Below are positions 52,267-64,000 of a DNA stretch of 64,000 bases, piece after piece. This DNA comes from Schmidtea nova (lineage: Eukaryota), in contig CM097883.1 of the NCBI GenBank assembly GCA_044892505.1, forward strand, positions 421,414,001-421,478,000, in the 5' to 3' direction. The position numbers and the translations under genes are program-made. The notes beneath the pieces are model-generated. The model made no database searches and was not told where the DNA came from. It worked only from the letters and a program-made list of their open reading frames with translations. Within the stretch, counting starts at the first letter, position 1. The number at the start of each line of letters is the position of its first letter.

Positions 52267-53383
52267 CCTTGAATATTTTCCTAATCTAATATATTTGATT
52301 ATTATTTTTTATTCCTAGGCAAATTCCGTCTTCTTTAGTAATATCAAATTCGTTTCTTAATTTTTTCAAATTTTTTTAATCGTTATATTTTATTTGTCAT
52401 ATTCCTATAGTAATTTTCATTACTTTAGGAANNNNNNNNNNNNNNNNNNNNNNNNNNNNNNNNNNNNNNNNNNNNNNNNNNNNNNNNNNNNNNNNNNNNN
52501 NNNNNNNNNNNNNNNNNNNNNNNNNNNNNNNNNNNNNNNNNNNNNNNNNNNNNNNNNNNNNNNNNNNNNNNNNNNNNNNNNNNNNNNNNNNNNNNNNNNN
52601 NNNNNNNNNNNNNNNNNNNNNNNNNNNNNNNNNNNNNNNNNNNNNNNNNNNNNNNNNNNNNNNNNNNNNNNNNNNNNNNNNNNNNNNNNNNNNNNNNNNN
52701 NNNNNNNNNNNNNNNNNNNNNNNNNNNNNNNNNNNNNNNNNNNNNNNNNNNNNNNNNNNNNNNNNNNNNNNNNNNNNNNNNNNNNNNNNNNNNNNNNNNN
52801 NNNNNNNNNNNNNNNNNNNNNNNNNNNNNNNNNNNNNNNNNNNNNNNNNNNNNNNNNNNNNNNNNNNNNNNNNNNNNNNNNNNNNNNNNNNNNNNNNNNN
52901 NNNNNNNNNNNNNNNNNNNNNNNNNNNNNNNNNNNNNNNNNNNNNNNNNNNNNNNNNNNNNNNNNNNNNNNNNNNNNNNNNNNNNNNNNNNNNNNNNNNN
53001 NNNNNNNNNNNNNNNNNNNNNNNNNNNNNNNNNNNNNNNNNNNNNNNNNNNNNNNNNNNNNNNNNNNNNNNNNNNNNNNNNNNNNNNNNNNNNNNNNNNN
53101 NNNNNNNNNNNNNNNNNNNNNNNNNNNNNNNNNNNNNNNNNNNNNNNNNNNNNNNNNNNNNNNNNNNNNNNNNNNNNNNNNNNNNNNNNNNNNNNNNNNN
53201 NNNNNNNNNNNNNNNNNNNNNNNNNNNNNNNNNNNNNNNNNNNNNNNNNNNNNNNNNNNNNNNNNNNNNNNNNNNNNNNNNNNNNNNNNNNNNNNNNNNN
53301 NNNNNNNNNNNNNNNNNNNNNNNNNNNNNNNNNNNNNNNNNNNNNNNNNNNNNNNNNNNNNNNNNNNNNNNNNNNNNNNNNNN

Positions 53384-54694
53384 ATATATGTTATTCATGA
53401 TTATATATATTCTTATTCAATATTATATATGTATATATATGTATATATATAAAAAATTAAAAAATATGCATAAGAAACCAATAAGAAACACGAATAAACA
53501 TTTAAAACTTTGAATATATCGATGCCACATTTTTTTTAAAGTTTTTAACACTCCAAAATTTTGTTCAAAAAAAGGCACCTGTGTAGGCCAACTCCATGAA
53601 CTCCATCATATGTACGTAGAATGCATTCATGCCAAGACCAATATCTTCATTCATTTCACCAAAAACTTCCGCAACCAACTGTTTAATATCCAAATTATTC
53701 TGTGGTAGCGGTCTTTTATTGAAATATCTTGCCTTGAAAACACCGAAGCATTCTTCAATTGGATTTAATGCAGGGGAATATTGGGGAATAAAATCAAAAG
53801 CAATGTTTTTTAAGTTAAAAAACTCTCTCATCGAAGCAGTTTTGTGAAATCTTGCATTGTCCATCAAGACAATTCGATTTCTAAAATCAATACCTTCTTC
53901 CACCGCCTCATTCATGAAATCTTGAAAACTACACGCATTATAAGCTCCGTCTATTAATTTATATTTTAATATACGTTCATTAGAAATCAAAACCATGCAG
54001 CTGACATTCATTCCTCTTGGTTTTACAAGAACATTTACCAGCGTATTCTTCGGTGAATATCCATAATTCATCATTGTGTGGAGATTAAGTCCTGTTTCCT
54101 CGAGATACAATAATTTGGAGTTCGGAGTATTCCTATATTTTATCGAAAAGGCCTTTCGTTCATTAATTATTCACAAATCCGTCACTTTTTCGTATACTTT
54201 CTTTACCCTTTTCCTTGTTATCTCTACATATTTCAATTTCCGCGAGATCGTTCTCTGAGATGTCAGAATATTATTTGCTTCCAATTTTTTCCTCATTCCT
54301 CTTTGCGTTAAAAGTAGGTCGTCTTGGATAATTCTCTGCAACTGCAATAATATGTTGCCATCGTTTACAACGGTTCTGTCCTTCTTCTTAACCAAAGTCG
54401 ATAAATTAATGTTTTGAAACTTACATCTATCAATCTCCACTAAACAGTTATGGTAGATCGATTCAGATTCCTGGCGATTTTTACAAATGAATCGCCATCA
54501 TTACGCATCGCATATATTGTTTTGAGATCTTTGCTTGTCGTTCGCGGTTTGCGTCTCCTGGTCTCGTTGTCGTCGTTTTCCATTGTGAGGTTTTATTATA
54601 TGTAGTAAATAAATTCAAGTATATATATATTTATGAATACTATATATATAATATTGAATACTATATATATAATATTGAATAGAATATATATAAT

Positions 54695-54705
<11 letters not shown>
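53384..54705 (-). mobile_element. IS630/Tc1-type transposon, DD34E-spaced transposase (53565-54583), frameshifted, with AT-rich TIRs
   Basis: YLEETG, MDNARFH and YSPALNPIEE, with 34 residues between D and E. TATTCAATATTATATAT (~53413-53430) is inverted relative to the repeated ATATATAATATTGAATA (~54645-54705). Confidence 0.85.
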
Positions 54706-54787
<82 letters not shown>

Positions 54788-55304
54788 TTAGGTAGCGTCA
54801 GGTCTCGATCCGTATGAGTTATCGCGCGTTTTTGGCGCCATTTTTAAAGTGTGTTTTGTTTAAATGTTTGGAATTTTTATTATTTTTTTTATTAATAATT
54901 AAATTTTTTTTTTAATTTAAATTATATCTTTTTTATTAATTAATTTTTTTTTTAATTTGTTATTTTTTTTTAATATTATTAATTTACTTTTGTTAGTATA
55001 ATTTATTATTGATATTATAATTTTTGAAACACTTCAATGATAAACGTTCAATGAAAGCACTACTCAAAATATTATGAGCATATAACAAAATGAGACAATT
55101 CTGCACAACAAAAAACATTACATGGTGAAATACGATAAATATTAAACTAATTATTTATTACAATTATTATTATTAATATTACTATTATTTCTATGACATA
55201 ACCACAGTTTCTAAAAACTATTACCCAAATTATAAAAACAGACTGAAACTAATCTGTACAATATATAACTAAATAAATGAAAAAACAAAGATTTTCAACA
55301 AATT

Positions 55305-56793
55305 TTATTTAAATAAAACTGTTTCTTCTTCAGTTTGATCTTGGAATTGGTGATCTGGATTGATTCTTGAATCGGTATGTTGAAAAAAAACCAAGTCACC
55401 TCCCATATAATGGCCATATGCCAAGTTTTTATTTTTCGCAACCCATTTCCTTTTATCATCTGCGTTTGTCAGTGCAGTCTTTTCATTTTTAATAGTAAAA
55501 AGTTGATGATTTTTACTTGTGATTCTCGTTTGGGGAACAGAAAATATTTGGTTATTATTAAAACAGTCCAGGTACGACTGATGCTTTATGTCAGTACCCG
55601 CTAATGTTGCCCCCTTAGCTTTATTAGTTTCCTCGTCACCTAAAAGACTATAACATTTAGGTCTCAGAAACACCCACTCCTCGTATTTAAGCCCTTTATT
55701 CTCGTCTTTGAACTTGCCAATGACAGAATCAAGGTTCCTACTGTATAATGGGTGATTCGGATCATAATTAGAAGTGTCAAGTAAGTTATCTCTTATCATG
55801 GCCGGTAAAAGAATATCAAGCTTACAATTTCTAATCTCAAGAAAAAATGAATCGGTGTCACCAGCTACGATGTTGATTTCACAGTTGAATTCGTTACGAT
55901 ATTTTTGTAACTCTTCATACTGCAGCTGGTACATTCTAAGTTTAGATAGATCCAGTACAGTTTGACCAATGTAACTAAGTCTATCCAAACACACCGAATC
56001 TTTATTCAGTAAGACGGCAACCAAATCATCGTCAATTTCGAAAGTCCTTTTGAAAGTTGGCTTAGAAGTATATGTAATCAGCCTAGAAGCCGAATTACAT
56101 AATCTTAAATTCATGCGCTTTTTAAGATTCTCTACGGTTTTACCGTAGAGACTATTATTTAATAATTTATAATAATTTTTACCCAGAGCATTACTTGATT
56201 CTGCTCTAAATCTGGTATTGGTATCGATATAATCCTTAAAAATACATGCTTGTTTAAATTTAATTGCCCTATGGACATGAGTTATTTTTACTCCAAGAGA
56301 AAGAAAAAGTTTGAGAAGTCTCCAATGAAGAACATAGTTCTTCTTGGGATAATGCGTAAGCATCAACTTCTCAACCTTTGAGCCAGGTGGACACATCTTT
56401 TCAGCGGCAACTGGCAAATCATCCAGCTTGTCGTGAATCGAATCAGGAATTTCTAAATCGACTTCTAATGTAAATCCAAATGTTAATACTTCTAAATCAG
56501 CAGATTCACAGTAATAAATTATTTTATTTTATTTTTCCCTATCAGTTACCCATTTAAATTCTTTATAAGGTAGTTTTTGGCTTAAGGCCCACCCATATAA
56601 ATTATTTATATCTATATAAAGAAGCTCAGTGTCGTCGGAGGATACTACATGGTGTTTGTTAACAAATGTTAACCCACCACGGATCCCCCCTTCGAAAAAA
56701 TTATACATCTCCATATCTTGAAGCAACTCGATAGGAGATTTCAAAGTCATCAAAGCTGAATTCCATGACATGCCTGGATTTCCCAAGAAATTA
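55305..56793 (-). pseudogene. Inverted copy of the 3' part of protein-primed polB
   Basis: Motif A DINNLYG, motif B KLLNNSLYGK, motif C GDTDS. One in-frame TAA shared with the plus-strand copy. Confidence 0.9.
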
Positions 56794-56927
56794 TATATCT
56801 TATTTATATATTTTAATTTAATTATATATTTTAATGATTTTTTGATAAATTTAAAGATATTTCATATTAAGGTAAATTTTATGCGAATTATTGTAAGTCG
56901 TCAAATCATAACGACTGCCACAAGTTA

Positions 56928-59900
56928 ATGGAGCGATACTATCGTCTTTTAAATAATCAAGTCACCTTCTATTTATGTCCAACATGCAAGAGCGCCCAAC
57001 ATATAAATTACATTGATTTTTATTTCCAACATTATCTCCATTTAAATCAATTCTCATGTACTAAGAAAAGTCTTTTCGCATTAATTAATAAAAGTAAACG
57101 ACGAAATGTTACTGTTTGTCCTAAACCGGCTAAAATAAATGTAATATCTGATGATGAAGATGTCCATTCATCAAATGACGATGTTTTAGTTATTCCTAAT
57201 TTACATGTTGTTCAATATGGTGGTTCTGTTGAACCTTTGGTTAAATATAATTTGAAAAAATCGCATGCAATTGTTAAAATGGATGTGGATTCTTTAAATT
57301 TAAATAAATAAATTATTCCTTCGCCTTTATTAAATAAATTTAATTCAGTTATTTCCAAAATGGGATATGTAAAAGTACAATTTTGCATTGATGTGGAATT
57401 TGAAAAGAATAAGCAATTTCAATCTTTTATAATATCAAATTCCGCAAAGCCAATGAGTGATACCTTTTTAGATGAAGGTATTGCTCTATTAAGTGAAAAA
57501 ATGACTAAAGTCTGTGAAAATGGCAGCAATTGGTCAATTAATAAAATTAAAGAAATAAGCTTTAAACTTACAAAATATTCGCAAATAAGTAGATTGAGTG
57601 GTCACGGTTCTTGTTCAACCCCGGCATCATTAAATGCAAAACGTTGCACTGTCAATGTAAAAAAATACCGATAACTTTGTTTTATATATAGCATTTTGAC
57701 AATTTTAAAATACAAGGATGTGAAATCTAATAGAAGTAAGTCTTATAATTATAATCCCTCAGACCTTGTGTTTGATCCTTCTGATTTTCCAATGAAATTA
57801 TGTAATATCCCCAAATTTGAAGCGAAAAACCCTGTACTGGCTATAAATATCCTTTCATATGACGAGTATGATCTAAATAATATTAATGAGGAGGAGGAAG
57901 TCATGAAACATCCATTTGTAGATATTATTCATAGGTCAAAGGTTGTAAGTGGCACTCCAATTAATTTGATTTTGTTAGAGGAAAATGACTCTTTTCATTA
58001 TATTGCAGTTACCAATATTAATAGACTTTTGAATTGTGACACTCTTTCTGTTACTGATGTTCAAATAAGGTGCACTTGGTGCGAGCGTTGCTTGAATGGT
58101 TTTAGATTGACTGAAGCTTTTGAGAAACATCAGGCTTTATGCACAAAAAATCAGTTAGGTACAACTTTGTACACTTTACCTTCAGATAAGAATTTGGAAT
58201 TTAAAGATTGGTCAAAAATTGTTACCCCTCCTTTCGTCGTATATGCCGATTTTGAGGCTGTTTTACCCAAGGACGATAAGTATTTTCAACGTCACTTACC
58301 TATTTCTGCTGGCTTGTTGCTTATTAATAACTTTACTGGCGAAAGATCGTATAAAAGCTTTTATGGTCTTAATTGTGTAGAAGAGTTTTTGACCGAAATC
58401 AATGATATAGAAGAAAATGTAGTTTTGCCTTACTTTATAAATAATTCCAAAAAGAAAATGGAATATCTTTCTCCTGCACAAATAAGATCATTCCGTAGTT
58501 CTACAATTTGTTATTTGTGTAATAAACCTTTTAGAAATCCGGTTAAAGATCATGACCATTATACAGGTAAATACTTGGGTGCGGCTTGCTCTAAATGCAA
58601 TTTTTCTCGTCAAATAAGATTCATCATGCCAGTCATATTTCATAATTTAGGCGGATATGATTTGCATCATATCCTCAAGTATGGTTTAAATAAATTCGTT
58701 AAATGGGATATAAGTTGTATTCCTACTACAAGTGAAAAGTTTTTGACTTTATATGCAAGAGTTGATAGTTTAACTATTAAATTTATCGATTCTTGCCAAT
58801 TTGTAAGCTGTAGCTTAAACGATGCTGTAAAGACTTTAATAGATTTTCCTCTTACTTCATCCGAATTTATTGGGACTATTATTACTTCCAAAGGCATATT
58901 CCCATATAATTTTGCAACTTCTTTAGAGGTTTTACAAAATACATACGAGTTTCTACCGATTTGGGAAGGAGTTAAAATCGACGAGTATGAAAAAGCTCAA
59001 CATATATGGGATGAATTTAATCGTGAAACATTGTTTGATTATATGATGCTATACCTGAAATTGGATGTTTTCTTACTTGCCGACTTTTTTCAGCAATTTA
59101 GAGCAAAATCCATTGAACATAACCGACTTGAGCCTCTTAATTTCTTGGGAAATCCAGGCATGTCATGGAATTCAGCTTTGATGACTTTGAAATCTCCTAT
59201 CGAGTTGCTTCAAGATATGGAGATGTATAATTTTTTCGAAGGGGGATCCGTGGTGGGTTAACATTTGTTAACAAACACCATGTAGTATCCTCCGACGACA
59301 CTGAGCTTCTTTATATAGATATAAATAATTTATATGGGTGGGCCTTAAGCCAAAAACTACCTTATAAAGAATTTAAATGGGTAACTGATAGGGAAAAATA
59401 AAATAAAATAATTTATTACTGTGAATCTGCTGATTTAGAAGTATTAACATTTGGATTTACATTAGAAGTCGATTTAGAAATTCCTGATTCGATTCACGAC
59501 AAGCTGGTAGATTTGCCAGTTGCCGCTGAAAAGATGTGTCCACCTGGCTCAAAGGTTGAGAAGTTGATGCTTACGCATTATCCCAAGAAGAACTATGTTC
59601 TTCATTGGAGACTTCTCAAACTTTTTCTTTCTCTTGGAGTAAAAATAACTCATGTCCATAGGGCAATTAAATTTAAACAAGCATGTATTTTTAAGGATTA
59701 TATCGATACCAATACCAGATTTAGAGCAGAATCAAGTAATGCTCTGGGTAAAAATTATTATAAATTATTAAATAATAGTCTCTACGGTAAAACCGTAGAG
59801 AATCTTAAAAAGCGCATGAATTTAAGATTATGTAATTCGGCTTCTAGGCTGATTACATATACTTCTAAGCCAACTTTCAAAAGGACTTTCGAAATTGACG

Positions 59901-60625
59901 ATGATTTGGTTGCCGTCTTACTGAATAAAGATTCGGTGTGTTTGGATAGACTTAGTTACATTGGTCAAACTGTACTGGATCTATCTAAACTTAGAATGTA
60001 CCAGCTGCAGTATGAAGAGTTACAAAAATATCGTAACGAATTCAACTGTGAAATCAACATCGTAGCTGGTGACACCGATTCATTTTTTCTTGAGATTAGA
60101 AATTGTAAGCTTGATATTCTTTTACCGGCCATGATAAGAGATAACTTACTTGACACTTCTAATTATGATCCGAATCACCCATTATACAGTAGGAACCTTG
60201 ATTCTGTCATTGGCAAGTTCAAAGACGAGAATAAAGGGCTTAAATACGAGGAGTGGGTGTTTCTGAGACCTAAATGTTATAGTCTTTTAGGTGACGAGGA
60301 AACTAATAAAGCTAAGGGGGCAACATTAGCGGGTACTGACATAAAGCATCAGTCGTACCTGGACTGTTTTAATAATAACCAAATATTTTCTGTTCCCCAA
60401 ACGAGAATCACAAGTAAAAATCATCAACTTTTTACTATTAAAAATGAAAAGACTGCACTGACAAACGCAGATGATAAAAGGAAATGGGTTGCGAAAAATA
60501 AAAACTTGGCATATGGCCATTATATGGGAGGTGACTTGGTTTTTTTTCAACATACCGATTCAAGAATCAATCCAGATCACCAATTCCAAGATCAAACTGA
60601 AGAAGAAACAGTTTTATTTAAATAA
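56928..60625 (+). pseudogene. Protein-primed family B DNA polymerase (~1230 codons) with an embedded endonuclease-VII-like motif; interrupted
   Basis: Exonuclease motifs VYADFE and FHNLGGYD; CYLC...KDHDHYTGKYLGAACSKCN; KGIFPY; DINNLYG; KLLNNSLYGK; GDTDS; RPKCYS; KAKG. In-frame TAA at 57309, 57672 and 59399, and a 1-nt G-run frameshift near 59241-59245 (G5 here vs C6 in the mirror arm). Confidence 0.92.
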
Positions 60626-61138
60626 AATTTGTTGAAAATCTTTGTTTTTTCATTTATTTAGTTATATATTGTACAGATTAGTTTCAGTCTGTTTTTATAA
60701 TTTGGGTAATAGTTTTTAGAAACTGTGGTTATGTCATAGAAATAATAGTAATATTAATAATAATAATTGTAATAAATAATTAGTTTAATATTTATCGTAT
60801 TTCACCATGTAATGTTTTTTGTTGTGCAGAATTGTCTCATTTTGTTATATGCTCATAATATTTTGAGTAGTGCTTTCATTGAACGTTTATCATTGAAGTG
60901 TTTCAAAAATTATAATATCAATAATAAATTATACTAACAAAAGTAAATTAATAATATTAAAAAAAAAATAACAAATTAAAAAAAAATAATTAATAAAAAA
61001 GATAATTTAAATTAAAAAAAAAATTTAATTATTAATAAAAAAATAATAAAAATTCCAAACATTTAAACAAAACACACTTTAAAAATGGCGCCAAAAACGC
61101 GCGATAACTCATACGGATCGAGACCTGACACTACCTCC

Positions 61139-61222
<84 letters not shown>

Positions 61223-61414
61223 TTATTTATGAATAAACCTGTATTATCTAAAGGCATAATTGCCATCAATCAACCAACCATAAAAAGGGGGTAAGAACAT
61301 ACACCCGGCCGCCCGCGATGACAAGCGCCGAATATATCAATAATAATAATAAAAATTACTGAAATATTAATTCACCCTTCCCATATAATAAAAATAATAA
61401 AAACATACAGCATT

Positions 61415-61473
<59 letters not shown>

Positions 61474-64000
61474 ATATATGATATTTAGCATAATTTTTTG
61501 TTTTTATTTAGTTGAACTGTAACTTGGTCAGTTTCATGTCCAACATTTGCCAAGTGTTCAGCAATGAACCACCACTATACACAAAAATACATAAAATCGT
61601 CGAAAATCCAACAACAAGTATGATAGGTAAAATTCTGTTGATTACAATATTCCAGCATTTAATTTTTATTAAAATGTTATTTTTATTTGACAAATCTTTT
61701 GAAATATAATTTTAATGTAATATCTAATATGATTAGCTTACGTGATACGAGCTTTTATTGATCTCGTCAGTTGGGTAAAGAATTCTCTCTACCATTATCT
61801 TTCATGGTTTTCCTCTTTGCCTGAATATTTGTGCGAGTTGAAGCTTCAACATTTTCATTGAAATTGAATTGTTATGTAAAAACAATATTTATTATTTAGT
61901 ATAAAAGTTTTGACTTACCGGTAGCAACCTGGTTAGGGGTTGTCTGTTAGTTCGAGTTCAGGTGAATACCATGGATGAGGCAGAGTTTCGTTACCCAATT
62001 TATTAAGCTTCTGCAGCATTAGTTGTGCAACGCCTTACAGAGTTTTGTCAAGTAATAAGATTAAATCCTTTCTCTTGACAAATACCGGACAAAGAAGTTA
62101 AATTTTATGATATTTTTTCATAAAAATAAATATTGGCAGTAAACCACGAAACGGTCACCAAGACCTTCGCTTGATAGAACTTTGGTTTCGAAAAGTCTTT
62201 CTTCCGTAAACCATCTAGAAATTGGATGTTATTGCTGAAATTGAAGCGAGGTGTATATCTTGTAGAGGTGATTCTTTTGAATCCTGTGTAATTCATACGG
62301 CATTTTTTGTTGATCTTCTTTACCTCTGATTTATTTCAAATGGTGAACGATAGTGGAATTATCAATAACGACTTTTTCCGCTACTTCTAGTAGTGATTTT
62401 AGTGGGTCACTTCGTATTTTGGTCGTCGGAAACAAAAGAAGAATGGCCGTGATATTAATTGTCTTCAAGTTTGATTTTTCTACTTCGGAATTCTAGAAAT
62501 AATCGAATTACTGTACATGCATTTACACTATCCTTACTCTAAGTTTGGTTGATATTTTGAGCAGTTTGAGTTGCTTTAAGCCCGAGTTTATATTCGTAAT
62601 GATAAATTTGGCGAAAATCTTGTCTTGACTTATTTGTATTAAATTATTAAAAGTAAATAAAAAACAATTTCAATTAAAACGATATATCTAATAAGAATGG
62701 TGATAAAATAAGCTTTAAATCGATATGTATTTTTGATTATTATCAATGAGATTTTTCAAAGTTATTAATTTTTAACTTACACATAAGCCAAAAAGTATTC
62801 TTTTTGAACCAACCTTCTTCATTTCTTCAAATCTTCATTTTCTTTAACTACCAATTTTTCAAGCAATTCCACATAACAGCTTAGAATTATAGATGATTCA
62901 TAAAAGCAACTTCCTAAAAATGGTTAATAAGTTTAATAAAAATATATCTTTTCTCGTAATTACACTGTGTAATTTCATTATATTTCTAATTTCGTCCATG
63001 CTTTTTCATTTTAAAATATTAAATAAAAGTCTATCTTCTGGTTTAATTTCTAGATTTAATAAAAATATGAGTTTTAATTTTTGAAGTTGTGACATCCTTT
63101 TACTGCGCAATACACTTCGAGATTTTGTGCTCGCTCTGTGCAAATTTCGGTGATTGCAAGTTTATTCGTGTAGAGTGGTTGGTCGACATCGATTTCACTA
63201 TACTAAAGGCGCGACATCGCCTCTTTTGTCTTTAACGTACTAGTAGATACTTGAATTTTTTGGTAACCCAATGTAAATAGTTGTGTTGCTCGAGGAACAA
63301 TTTAAAAACACTGCGCTAGTTAACTCGCTTGGAGCGTGTGAGGATTGAATTAATTTAATTTAAAATTAATTATGGCATTGCTAAAATTTATCTATTTCTT
63401 TTCGCTACATATAGCTTGGACAACATTACTCTAGGACATTATTTAAACAATTCCATCTAAACTTTTTTTAAACTAAAGTATTTTAAAAGTCTAACTCCAT
63501 TAAAAATTGTTCTTAGAGAGAGGATACTATCCTCGACTTCACACTTAACTTTCTTAAAACTAGTTGATTATTTGAATTAGATATCCTTCGGAAAGTAAAC
63601 GATACTTATCAATGTAGTCAAGATTAATTTTTAAAGGTGCCCTTAAATCTTGAATATAATACGCAATTTCTATCGGTATTTTGGCTAAAAATCCAAAGAG
63701 CATATTATAGAGTCATAACATAAGTATTTTCCTAGACTTATTGTACTTTTTTGTACGTCACTGTAGTTAGTATAATCAAATCATTTTAAAAGTAGATAAA
63801 AGAAATACATGTAAAGAATTCTACATGAAAATGATAGAAACACTTATAAACCACTGACGAATGTAAGTATTTTTAAATATTTAGCAAATTTCTTTAAACG
63901 CTGTAAAAGTTAATAAATTTTTTCTCGTGCATTTTCGACAAATTCTCAACGGATTTAACGAGAACATTCGTAAACTGATATATTATTGAAGGTAGCGGAG

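Larger units (their letters stand above)
1121..53383. other. Twelve N runs (masked or gap sequence): 1121-1415, 2870-3070, 3286-3439, 7217-7499, 8789-8969, 9251-9466, 10416-10611, 11317-11457, 14886-15045, 16236-16917, 40873-41037, 52432-53383
   Basis: Seen directly. ORFs that span them are artefacts of translating N. Confidence 0.95.
54784..61142. mobile_element. 6.36-kb Polinton/Maverick-like polB-only element with ~2-kb inverted arms (54784-56793 and 59138-61142), AG...CT termini, within (TA)n
   Basis: Left end AGTATTAGGTAGCGTCAGG; right end (reverse complement) AGTAGGAGGTAGTGTCAGG. Identical 370-aa ORFs on opposite strands. The unique spacer holds the 5' part of polB. Confidence 0.85.

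Noticed and set aside
1048-53452. ORF-track entries composed mostly of X, and YIYI ORFs (7202, 61085)
   Set aside because: Artefacts of N runs and (TA)n tracts.
24919-60553. Short antisense ORFs overlapping the RT, integrase, transposase and polB genes
   Set aside because: Shadow frames with no independent motifs.
56928-60625. Alternative genetic code (TAA as sense)
   Set aside because: TAA also terminates ORFs at the expected C-termini (29732, 60623), and one internal TAA is explained by compensating indels.
53384-61142. Composite element in which the IS630 transposase mobilises pPolB
   Set aside because: The transposase has its own TIR pair and the polB unit has its own AG...CT ends. Adjacency is explained by a shared TA-rich target.

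Overview
AT-rich, repeat-dominated eukaryotic DNA with GT-AG introns and 12 N runs that I cannot interpret. The only confidently named host gene is a two-exon TSG101/Vps23 UEV fragment (39.4-39.8 kb). Two large inverted duplications dominate the window, each bounded on both outer ends by (TA)n microsatellites. (1) 23.6-30.8 kb: a decayed non-LTR retrotransposon of the restriction-like-endonuclease (RLE; NeSL/R2-type) group. Its stop codon is followed directly by nt ~13-120 of a 5S rRNA gene, which suggests a 5S-targeting RLE element. (2) 54.8-61.1 kb: a 6.36-kb AG...CT-terminated element encoding only a Polinton/Maverick-type protein-primed DNA polymerase B, with ~2-kb inverted arms that contain the 3' part of the gene. 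Either palindrome could be an assembly or amplification artefact; this cannot be settled from the window alone. Also present: a decayed Ty3/Gypsy element, an internally deleted Gag-protease element, Penelope-like remnants, mariner and IS630/Tc1 transposase remnants, a piggyBac-type MITE, a dispersed repeat family with a conserved hairpin, and a GC-rich orphan ORF. No CRISPR array or tRNA gene was seen.
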